The notes beneath the pieces were generated by a model. The model ran no database searches. It saw only the letters and a list, made by a program, of their open reading frames with translations, and had not been told where the DNA came from. Of a stretch of 57,611 nt of DNA, positions 33,420-44,324 are shown one piece after another (position 1 is the first letter of the stretch; the number at the start of each line of letters is the position of its first letter). The stretch comes from Octopus sinensis (Eukaryota): positions 1 to 57,611 of the forward strand of contig NW_021833713.1 in the NCBI RefSeq assembly GCF_006345805.1. The letters run 5' to 3'. The translations under genes and the position numbers were made by a program.

Positions 33420-35990
33420 TAACATCATTTAACATCCGTTGTCCATGCAGGCATGGGCTGGCATGCTAGAAGGCTGCACCAGACTCCAGTCTCATGTGGC
33501 ATGGTTTTCTATGACTGGATGCCTTTCCTAACACCAACCACTCCAAGAGGGTAAAGGGTGTTTTTACGTGCCACCAACATCGGTACCAGTTTGCGTAACA
33601 ACGGTACCTGCCACAACTGCGATTTTGTTTGGCGTGATGGATCTTCTCAAGCACAATATAATGCCAAAGGTCTTGGTTATTGTCTCCATGAGGCCCAACA
33701 CTTGAAAGAAACTCAGCCAATTTGCCTCTGTGAGGCCCAACACTTGAACAGAACTCAGCCACTTTGCCTCTGTTGGGCCCAATACTTGAAAGGAATTCAG
33801 CCACTTTGCCACCATGAAGCCTAATGCTCGAAAAGACCTCAGCCAACTTGCCTCTGTGAGGCCCAATGCTTGAGAGGAACTCAGCCACTTTGCCTTTGTT
33901 AGGCCCAATGCTTGAAAGGAACTCAGCCACTTTGCCTCTGCCAGGCCTAATGTTCAAAAGATGTTCTTTATGTGCCACCAACACAGGCACACTTAGCTTG
34001 ATGGGTTCTCTCAAGCAGAGTACATCACCAAAGGTTTTGGTCACCAGTCATTGTCTCTGCAAGGCTCAAAGTTTGAAGGTCATGCTTCACCACCTCACTC
34101 CATGTCTTCCTGAGTCTACCTCTACCACAGGTTCCCTTCACAGTTACAGATTGGCACTTCTTTACACAGCTGTCCTCATCCATACGCATCATATGACCAT
34201 ACCAGCACAGTTGTCTCTCTTGCACACCTCATTCCTCTTTTGTCTAACTTTTCTCTCAAGATGTTTACACTCTGTCAAACATGCACACTGACATTGCACA
34301 TCCAACGAAATATACTGGCTTCATTTCTTTCAAGCCTACACATATCCTCAGCTGTCAAAGCTCATGTTTCACTGTCATGCAACAAATCTGTTCACACACA
34401 CGCATCAAACAATCTGCTTTTCACTCTGAGAGAAAGGCCCTTCATTGCCAGCAAGGGTAGGAGCTCTCTGAACTTTGCCCAACCCAATCTTATTCTGACA
34501 GTCATGCTCTTGAAACATCCACCTCCACTACTAAGTTGGTCACCTAGATAATGGAAGCTATCTACTACCTCTACCATGCCCATCTGGCAGTTGATGGAGT
34601 TTATTTTCTGCACATTTTTAGCATTAATTGTACCTGTGCACCTTCGACATACAAAAGTTAGTTTCCCTGTTAACCTTCCTCTGATGTTGCTGCACCTTTT
34701 ATGAGTCTAAAGCTTACACTGGGTGCATCTGATGGAGTTTCTAACTACACCTTTTCTACAGGTTGAGCAGGATCATCTAACTGAATGGATTTGTGATTTC
34801 TCTGCCTTCCTACTACCTGTGACTTTGGTTTTCACTAGGTTAACTCTAAGGCCTTTTGAATCTAGATTTTGCTTCAAAATCTAGAACTTCATCTTTAGTT
34901 CAAGTAGTGATTCAACTATAAGAGAAAGGTCATCAGCATAGAGGAGCTCCCAGGGGCAGCCTGTCTCAAATTCCTCTGTTATTGTCTGGAGGACTATGAT
35001 GAATAATACGGGACAGAGCACTGACCCTTGGTGAACCTTTACTTGTACCCTGAATTATTTGCCTGCCCTCACCTTACTGGTAGTGTCCCTGTACAAGGCT
35101 TGTATGGCTCTTACCAACCACTTGTCTATCCCTAGTTTCCACATTGGCCACCAGATAAGGGATTGGAGGACTCTGTTAAAAGTTTTCTCCAGGTCAACAA
35201 AAGCCAATTACAGAAGTTTATCTTTGACTAGGTATTTCTCCAGCAGTTGCCTTACCAGAAATATAGCATCAGTGGTGCTTCTACATGGCACAAACCCAAA
35301 CTGCATCTCAACTAAATCTCTCCCTAATTAATTGGGCTATAACTCTCTGTAACTTTCATCACCTGATCCAACAATTTAATACCTCTGAAATTATTTCTAT
35401 CTAAGGCATCACCTTTACCTTTGTAGCAGTTGACTATGGTGCAGCCACACCAGTTATTAGGTAGGACTTCTTCATGAACTACCTGATTTACAATACAGGT
35501 GACCCGACAATAACCAACACTGCCAGATATTTTAAGCATCTCAGCAGTGATTCCTGATGGGCCAGGAGTTTTCCCTGTCTTCATAGCCTTAATTCCTTTG
35601 TCTTCTAAGGTACTGTCGATTCATTCAGGTAGCTGGTCTCTCAGTTGGGTTGACATTCGGTAGACTCTCCTCATGCCATTCATTTTCAACATTCAGCAGT
35701 CTTTCATAATAGCATCTCCAAGCCACTTTATTTGCAGACTCATTAAAAATAAGTGCTCATCATCCATGCAGACACACTTCTCCCCTATGACATTAGAATT
35801 TTCTCTCACACACTGTCTTGCAATCCAAAATACTTCAGTTCTTTGGTCCTCATGACACTGAACATAGGCAAACTTCTTCTTTTCTTCTTCCCTCTTGGCT
35901 AGATATACCTGTCTCCTAGCTTCCCTTCTGGCTATCAGATACAGTTCCCTGCTGCCCCCACACTTCCAGGATTTCCGGTATAGGTTGTGG
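33420..35990 (-). mobile_element. Decayed RTE LINE containing a 42-bp minisatellite near its ORF end
   Basis: MKTGKTPGPSGITAEMLK, VVDSFHYLGDQLSSGGG and GRGRLRKTWSEVVKHDL. Tail at about 33420. Confidence 0.88.
33689..33958. repeat. 42-bp tandem minisatellite, six full units plus a partial
   Basis: Units start at 33689, 33731, 33773, 33815, 33857, 33899 and 33941. Consensus is about TGAGGCCCAAYRCTTGAAAGGAACTCAGCCACTTTGCCTCTG. Confidence 0.95.
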
Positions 35991-36021
35991 GGGCAGGAAA
36001 GGGTGGGTGCATCACAAACAA

Positions 36022-36834
36022 GAAATGGAAGAAACGGCTAGCTTTTCCACAAGAAAATTGAAACACTGAAGCAAAGAATGATAGAGACACATGAGAATTA
36101 TGGTAAGCATTTAAAGAAATATGATTTTAGAAGTTATTAGAGAGAGTAACAAATTACAGGTTAGATTTGCCACAAGAAAATTGAAATAGCAGTGAAACTG
36201 AGAATGATAGCAACACATGAGAATTATGACAAGTATTTAAAGGGATACCATTCTAGATTCTAGAAATTATTAGAAAAAGTAGCAAATTACAGATCACAAA
36301 GTTATTTTAACTGAAGAATGTTAACATGTTAGTAGTAAGTGTTAAATGAATAAAAAGAATGATGAATGATTAAAAAACTAGAGACATTTCTTAATTTAGT
36401 GGCTGGACATTTCGCGTCATGATATGATGGTGCCAAATAGCAGAGCAAGTTGAGGTTTGAAAGATACCATGTGCAAAAGGGTTCTTTGTATAATCTACAG
36501 CTGGAAGTAGTCAAATAAGAGGTTGGCTTTGCCACAAGAAAATCAAAATAGCAGCAAAGGACAATAAGGAAATGGAAGAGATGGCTAGCTTCACCACAAG
36601 AAAATCGAAACAGGGAAGCAAAGAGTGATAGAAACAAGAGAATTATGACAAGTATCTAAAGGGATACAATTCTAGAAGTTATTAGAGAAAGTAATGAATT
36701 ACAGGTTAGCATTACCACAAAAAAATTGAAATAGCAGCAAAGCAAAGAATAGAATCACAAGACAACTTATGTCAAGTATTTAAAGGAATATGATTTTAGA
36801 TTCTAGAAATTATTAGAGAAAGTAATGAATTACA
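36022..36834. repeat. Degenerate approx. 120-bp repeat arranged as a duplicated dimer
   Basis: ccacaagaaaattgaaa...gagaattatg..aagtatttaaag..agaagttattagag..aaattaca units start at about 36048, 36170, 36594 and 36714. Confidence 0.75.
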
Positions 36835-38063
36835 AGTGGGCTGAAAAGTTCATAGGCTGACTGTGAAGGAGTGATGCTAGAGCCATGAAATCCTGCATGC
36901 ATTAATTCCAACACTTCTTATTCATAACTGTGTTCTTTCTTGCTAGACTGACATCTCAATGTTCAAAGAAGACTTCAAAAGTAACTAGTAGTGACTTCTC
37001 TTGAAAATAGATAAAATTTAGCACCCTAATGTTATCAAGTATCTGCAGAAAAATGTTTTATACCCCTCACCACCAAGGACATTCATGCCAACATGGTTCC
37101 TACATTAGGGTGACGCTCCACCTTTATCAATAGTGCAAAAAAGGGCATCTGAATTTAGAATGGGAACAGAGAATAAATGAAGATGACCCAAGGTCTGGAC
37201 ATCCTGAAACTGCCACCACTGAAGAAAAACATTGATCATGTTCACCACATGGTGAGGGATACAGACAATGATAAATAGCCAATGATGTTAGCATATCCTG
37301 TGAGAGAGTTGAAAATATTCTGCACAATGAATTTAGCATGATGAAGGTTTGTTCTTGGTGAATGTTTTGTCTTCTGACACCTGATCAAAAGCAAATCAGG
37401 CTGATCACATCATGGGAAAATCTGACATTGTTTGATGGATCTAGCTCAGTTCCTTGCACATTTCCAAACCCACGATGAGTGTTGGGCTCATCACTTTGAG
37501 TGAGAGACAGAGACAATTTATGCAGAGGAAACACTCCTCCTCACCTGCATCAGAGAAGACTATGGTTATTTCATTTTCAGGGAAGGCGATGGACATTGTG
37601 TTTATTGACTATCTTCAAAAGGGTTACACCATCAATGGAGAGTAATATGCAAACTTGCTGAGGCAGTTGCGAAAGCCATTCAGAAAACTGACAAAATGGG
37701 GTTTGTTTTGTCAGGACAATGCTCCAATACACATGTCCTTGGTTTCAATGGCTGCTCTGTGTGATTGTAACTATGAACTGATTGATACTGATTGATCAAT
37801 TTCCTCATTCTTCTGATTTGGACTCTTCTGACTATAATCTGTCCCCCAACATGAAAAACTACTTGGTTAGGAATCAGTATTGCAGTGATAATGATGTGAT
37901 ATCTACTGTTGGCAACATTTTTGACCAACAGGATGAAATCTTCTTCACCAATGGAAGAAATGTGTACACTGTAAAGGAGACTATGTTGAAAAATAAAAGT
38001 CGTTTGGTCACATTCCATAAGAGTATCTTGGTCACCCTATGAACTGTTCAACCAACCCTTGTA
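36831..38063 (+). mobile_element. Full-length decayed mariner (DD34D) element
   Basis: TIRs TACAAGTGGGCTGAAAAGTTCA and TGAACTGTTCAACCAACCCTTGTA. Motifs THDECWAHHFE, QDNAPIH and PHSSDLDSSDYNLSPNMK. Confidence 0.88.
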
Positions 38064-38329
38064 TATAGCAGAAGCAGCATTTAATATCCACTTTTACATG
38101 ATTGCATACATAGATTAGATGGAATTTGTTGAGGCATATTTTCTATGGTAGGATGACCTTCATGTTACCATGTCAACAACTTCGGCTGTTTCCAAGCAAG
38201 GTATATTTTTCCATAGCTAGATATATTTTCATAGAAGACTAAAGACAAAAAAAACCTTCCTTGTATGATGATAATGCATTTTACAACCATCATGTACGGT
38301 CTACAAAAGGGTACGTGCACACACACAAA

Positions 38330-38490
38330 TACAACAGGCTTCTTTCAGATTCCATCTAACAAATCCACTCACAAGGCTTTGGTGAAACAGGTTATAAAAG
38401 AAGTCACTTTCTCAAGGTGCCATATGAGGGTGCTAAACTCTAAAACATATGACTGGCAAGCAAGCTTCTCAGCTGCACAACCACACCTGT
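38330..38490 (-). mobile_element. Decayed tRNA-derived SINE head
   Basis: Reverse complement resembles 30077-30231. Confidence 0.65.
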
Positions 38491-38493
38491 ACA

Positions 38494-38680
38494 TGAGGGG
38501 GTGCTGAAAAGTTCTTGGCTTTAAGAGTATCACAGCCTTCTGAGTTTTTTTTACAGAGCTTAGAAAAATTGAAGGACGACTGCAATAAGTGTGTGAATCT
38601 GGGAGAGGAATATATTGAATGAAATTATAATTAACTAATCCTTTTCTACTCAAATCCAGAAACTTTTCAGCACCCTTTCA
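38494..38680. mobile_element. Mariner-derived MITE (about 190 bp)
   Basis: TIRs TGAGGGGGTGCTGAAAAGTT and AACTTTTCAGCACCCTTTCA, followed by TA. The TIR core is shared with the mariner at 36831. Confidence 0.8.
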
Positions 38681-38686
38681 TATGTG

Positions 38687-38731
<45 letters not shown>

Positions 38732-39057
38732 TTGTGTGTGTGTGTGTGTGTGTATACATGTATATAAATTAGAGAAGAACCACCATGTAGCAATTCAACA
38801 ATGATATACTTAAATTATACCATATAGAAAAAAATTAAAGATACAATAAAACATTTAACTAGAACTAAATAAAGTATGAAATAATAGTGTAAAATTAGTA
38901 AATAGACTACACGTGTCTTGTGGCTATATTTTCAAATTGATAACAGTAAAATCAATTCAATTTAAATATAGTCACTCATCAGGTGCAAGATAAAAACGAT
39001 AAAATAATTAAATAAATGTATGGATATTACCTTATAAGAAAATATAAATATATCAAC

Positions 39058-40440
39058 CTAGTCAACCTAGCTAAAACCAAAGTCCTAATAAGTAGGAAGG
39101 TAGACAAGTCACAAACGCCTTCAGGTAGATGGCCTTGCTTGATCTGTAGGAAAGGCGTAGGTAGAAACTCTATAAGATGCACCAAGTGTAAGCTATGGAC
39201 ACACAAGAGGTGCAGCAACGTCTTGTATGTGGAAGATGCTCAGGAGCAATAAACACTGAAAATGCTCCGAGACCAACTTCCGTCACTTTCCAGGGAGAAA
39301 AACTAGAAATAGTTGATAGCTTCCGTTACCTAGGTGACCAAGTCAGTAGCGGGGGCGGGTGTGTTGAAAGTGTAACTGCTAGAGTAAGAATAGCTTGGGT
39401 AAAGTTCAGAGAGCTCTTACCTCTGCTAGGGACAAAAGGCCTCTCGCTCAGAGTAAAAGATAGACTGTATGATGCTTGTGTACAAACAGCCATGCTACAT
39501 GACAGTGAAACATGGGCCGTGACTGCTGAGGATATGCGTAAGCTCGCAAGAAATGAAGCCAGTATGCTCCAATGGATGTGTAATGTCAGTGTTCATCCTC
39601 GACAGAGTGTAAATACCTTGAGAGAGAAGTTGGACCTAAGAAGCATCAGTTGCGGTGTGCAAGAGAGACGTTTGCGCTGGTATGGCCATGTGGCGAGAAT
39701 GGATGAAGATAGTTGTGTGAAAAAGTGTCACACCCTAGCTCTTGAGGGAATCTGTGGAACAGGCAGACCCAGGAAAACCTGGATGAGGTGGTGAGGCACG
39801 ACCTTCGAACTTTAGGTCTCACCGAGGAAATGACTAGAGACCGAGACCTTTGGAAGTATGCTGTGCGTGAGAAGACCCGGCAGGACAAGTGAGACCATCA
39901 TCCATGGCCTCAGTCCACTTATGCATACCTTTCCTTCTTGGGACACGAAACCCTACTTGTGAAGACCTGTTGAGGCAAGTGAAAGTCAAAAAATCAAAAA
40001 TGGAAAAAATCAAAAATCAAAATTGATCAACATGAATGGAAACTGTTGCTGTGATATCAGTGCTGGTGGCACATAAGAGAACCATCTGAACGTGGCCGTT
40101 GCCAGTGCTGCCCTGACTGGCTTCCGTGCCGGTGGCACGTAAAAAGCACCATCCAATCGTGGCCGTTGCCAGCCTGGCCTGGCCTCCGTGCAGGTGGCAC
40201 GTAAAAAGCATCATCCGACCGTGGCCGTTGGCCAGACTTGTCTGGCACCTGTGCAGGTGGCACGTAAAAAGCACCCACTACACTCATGGAGTGGTTGGCG
40301 TTAGGAAGGGCATCCAGCCATAGAAACATTGCCAGATCAGACTGGGCCTGGTGCAGCCTTCTGGCTTCCCAGACCCCAGCTGCACCATCCAACCCATGCC
40401 AGCATGGAAAGCGGACGCTAAACGATGATGATGATGATGA
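39058..40440 (+). mobile_element. Young 5'-truncated RTE LINE copy
   Basis: 199-aa open stretch at 39195-39794 (FRYLGDQVSSGGG, LHDSETW), CpGs retained, four UTR modules and a (GAT)n tail. Confidence 0.93.
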
Positions 40441-40743
40441 TATATATAAAAATATGTAATTTTCTAATAAAAAAATCCAACAAAATTCAACAATATATCT
40501 TAAAACAAAAACACGAAATATCTTATCGAATATATTCTGATTATTAAATCTTTAAACTTAATACAAAGGACTAAGTGTTTATAATATATTTATATCATTA
40601 AAAACATGGTGTAAATAAAACTAGAATAAATAGATAGAAATATTTATTTCATCTATGAAAATATATTTTAGCTTATAGAAGAAAAAATAACGAAAATTAA
40701 AAGTAATTAAAACAAAATAATTAAAACAATATATACATATATA

Positions 40744-42005
40744 CAAGCATTATGACCTGTCATTGCTGGGTCATAGTACTAGTGCATGTATATATGTGTA
40801 CATATTACATGTACATCTATATATATATACATCTACACTTAAAATACAAAATACAAAGTTATATCTTTCATAGTCGCACCAAGACACTTTTCGATGGTGC
40901 TTTCCTCCAGGTGTTCAAATCTTTTTTTTTTCTCTACATTGTATATTTTATAGACAATAGTCTTTTCTTTAATTTAATTTTTTATTTTGTTTGTTGGTGT
41001 TATCCTAGATTCACCGTCTTTGTCAGTAATCATTCCGAAATAGGCTTGTATTTCTTCCATTTTAATTTTAATGAGTTTGCACCTGCCGACGGCTTCAGTG
41101 AAATTCATTTTTGGACTTTCTTCTATTGACGGCATTCTAACAATAATGCTTCCGTGTAAACGGTGAAAATATTGTCAATTTCCCCAAACAGGGATACAAT
41201 TCAATTTTTAAACAATAACCAAAGCTCCTTCTCCCAAAGGGGGAAGGTTACAGTTTACAATTATTTAACAAATGCAGCACAACAACGTTTCCCTTACGAG
41301 GAACCAACAAACGTGATAACAATAGTTAAACAGTAATAATAATAACAATTGTATGCAGTTGAAGCTATAGTCCTTTATGTATAATAGTCCATCTGGACTA
41401 TTCCATTTCTGCACGCTAATTTTATTTTCAATTTATTCCCATTCATGTGAAGCCACTTATTGAAGTTCAAGTCATTGATGCAATTTTATACCAATTGCTA
41501 TTTTTACTTTTGTTATGTTACAATTATATTATACTTTAGTTTGATTTTAATTACTACTTACTACATATAATTCAATTGTTATTATTATTTTTATTGTTAA
41601 AGTGAAAGCATCTGACATAAAATAGAGAAATGTTTTTGTTTCACTTTTAACACATAATACTGAAATAGTGGACAAGATATGATATAGCTATGGGCTTGCT
41701 CTAGGCAAGAAGTTGAACATTTTTTTTGTCCATGAAACTACATGGACCCTAAGTAAGGCATGTGTAAAATTTGAATGAAATTGGTTGTGTAGTTCTCAAG
41801 TTTTAGGGAATCGTAGTGGAGAAGATATGATATTACTGTGGGCTCACCCTAGGCATGAAGTAAAAAATATTTTTTGCTGATGATACTCCCCAGACTCTAA
41901 GTAAAGCATGTGTAAAATTTGAATGAAATTGGTTGTGTAGTTCTCAAGTTTTAGGGAAACACACAGACAGACAGACACACATTCTCAGTTTTATATATAT
42001 AGAGA
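40744..42005 (-). mobile_element. Non-autonomous Helitron-like element, copy B
   Basis: A|TC at 42005 on the minus strand and a terminal palindrome at 40747-40777. Collinear with copy A but lacking about 320 bp, and with a tandem approx. 146-bp subterminal duplication (41666-41958). Confidence 0.7.
40862..41135 (-). pseudogene. Captured ORF1-like fragment in Helitron copy B
   Basis: MPSIEESPKMNFTEAVGRCKLIKIKMEEIQAYFGMITDKDGESRITPTNKIKN*IKEKTIVYKIYNVEKKKRFEHLEESTIEKCLGATMKDI, with a single in-frame stop. Confidence 0.55.
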
Positions 42006-42094
42006 TATATATATAAAATACATAATATACATTAAGTGAAGCTAAAATACAATAATTTAATCTATATCCATTAAATTATTTATATAAACTTAAA

Positions 42095-43850
42095 CTTAGA
42101 TAAACTTAGATGTGTTTCGACCAATGATTGGTCCAGGCCATGTCTAACTTAATAGCACCACCTGATAGGATTATTTGAATCCTGTTTAAGTCAAGTTTTG
42201 CTTATGGTCCATTCAAGTAGTGAGTTTTTGTTGGGTGAGTTGTATCCAATTATGGGTGGCTTATCTGGTATTCCTTGAAGGAATCTATCCAGACTCCGTT
42301 TACAGTTGATGGGATCCTGTTCCTCTTTGATCTCTTTCGGGACAATGTTAAATAGGGCAGGGCCTGTTGAGGAAAAGAAATTATGTTGTAGTGTATATGT
42401 ATGGTGTGATCTTGAATTGGGCAGGGGACGTATGGCTCGTGGTCCCAGTCTTGGATGAACCTTGAAGCTAATGTTCAGGTCGTTTGGGCAAAGTTGGCGG
42501 TATATTCTCCACATCGTACAAATGATGTACCGCTCACGGCGACGCTGGAGAGAGTAGAGTTTCAAGGCTTTAAGGCGATCCCAATAATCGAGAGCAGCCA
42601 TGCCTTCAATTCGTTTAGTGAGTGCTCTCTGGGGTGATTCAATCCTCGAGATGTTTTGTCTTGTATGGGGAGACCACAGTGGGCAGCAGTATTCGAGGTG
42701 TGGCCGTACAAAGGAGAAGAGTGGTATGATGACACCTTGTTCTCTGGACCGGAAAGTTCTTAAGATCCAGGAACTCATCCTACGAGCTATATCGACCTTC
42801 TTGTTGATGTGTGCACTCCAACTGAGATCGTCATCAACAATTACACCTAGGTCTCTGATGTTGTTAGAGGCTGTGAGCGGTTCCCCTGAAGGAAGAGAGT
42901 ATGGCTGTTTTAGTGAGGAATTTCTTCCAAAATGCATCAGCTCAAATTTTCCCTCGTTCAGTTGCATTTTGTTTCTGTCTGCCCATTGACTCACAGCATA
43001 TAGATCAGACTGGAGTTGAGTTCGGTCTGCTTCTTCATTGACGATTTGCTGGAGCTTGGTGTCATCAGCAAATATTTTCACTTTGCAGTAATGTACGACA
43101 CTGGAAAGGTCGTTTATGTAGATTATGAAGAGTAGCGGACCCAAGACAGTTCCCTGGGGGACACCGCTGGTGACTTTTGCTGGGCTTGAGTGGACTCCAT
43201 CAACTACAACATGTCGTGTTCTATTCGCCAGGAAATACTTGATCCAGTGTAGAACTTTTCCACGGATTCCAACATTTGCCAATTTTGAGAGTAGGATATT
43301 ATGGTCTACCCTGTCGAACGCTTTACTGAAGTCAAGATATATGACATCAGAGTTCGAACCTGTTCCCAAGGCTTTGAGTACATCTTCAATGTGGTGTAAG
43401 AGCTGTGTTAGACAGTCCCTGCCACAGCGAAAGCCATGCTGATTTGCATTTAGGAGTTTCTGGGTCTCCAGGAAGTCAGCCATCCTTGATCTTAACACTC
43501 TTTCAAACACTTTGATGATGTGAGAGGTGAGTGAGATTGGACGATAGTTGAGTGCGAGGGATCTGTTTCCCTGTTTGAAAACCGGGATGATTGACTGGGA
43601 TAGAAACTGTTTCGGTATATAACCTGCATCTAACGAATTTCTCCAGAGGTTGGTCAGAGGGACTGCAAGTTGGTGTCTACATTCCTTCAGGAGACTAGCG
43701 GGGAATCTATCAGGGCCTACAGCAGAGTAGTATTTGACCTCATTTATTGCTGCTATGATGTCAGTGGCAGTGAAGGTTATGTCCGAGATTTTATGTTGAG
43801 AGTCAACTTCGTTCGCTTCTCTAACGTCAATATCAGTGGGAAATCTTATT
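42095..43850 (-). mobile_element. 5'-truncated CR1-group non-LTR retrotransposon with an uninterrupted RT frame (ORF 42191-43882)
   Basis: NYRPISLTS, QHGFR, YLDFSKAFDRVDH, GVPQGTVLGPLLF, FADDTK and RPHLEYC. Short 3' UTR with stem-loops and an (ATCTAAGTTT)-type tail. No endonuclease domain is present. Confidence 0.92.
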
Positions 43851-43963
43851 CTAATTATGTAATATATACTAAAAAACTTCATTCTAACTTATATACATAA
43901 TACTACTACAAACTATAACTACAATAATTAAAAATAGAAAAATGGTTCAAATATATACACACA

Positions 43964-44172
43964 AACTTTGAATAATTCTATTAATGAGTGTAACATTAAA
44001 TCTATATATAAATTTATTATATAAGTTTAACTAATTTCATCATCATCATCATCATCATCGTTTAAAACGGATGTTAAACGATAATGATGTTGATGATGAA
44101 ATTAGTTAAACTTATATAATAAATTTATATATAGATTTAATGTTACACTCATTAATAGAATTATTCAAAGTT
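43964..44172. repeat. Approx. 100-bp-arm inverted repeat (palindrome) with an 8-nt spacer
   Basis: 43964-44037 is the exact reverse complement of 44099-44172. The inner arms are (CAT)n/(ATG)n and the spacer is AACGGATG (44066-44073). Confidence 0.95.
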
Positions 44173-44324
44173 CCTATTATTATTAAAAGTATTTACTTAA
44201 ATGCAATATTACATAACAAATAAAAATTCCTACCCATTCAATAAGATTTTGTCTTACAAAACTATTTCCCAATGTAAATTTATGTAATACGTTAAGATTA
44301 TCATTCACAAGATAATGACAATAA

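Noticed and set aside
33689-33958. Regularly spaced repeats as a CRISPR array
   Set aside because: The units are contiguous with no unique spacers, the context is eukaryotic, and there are no cas genes.
42110-42145. CTG-GACCAATCATTGGTC-GAAAC in the CR1 3' UTR
   Set aside because: It lacks the CUGANGA core, and is better explained as a LINE 3' recognition stem-loop.
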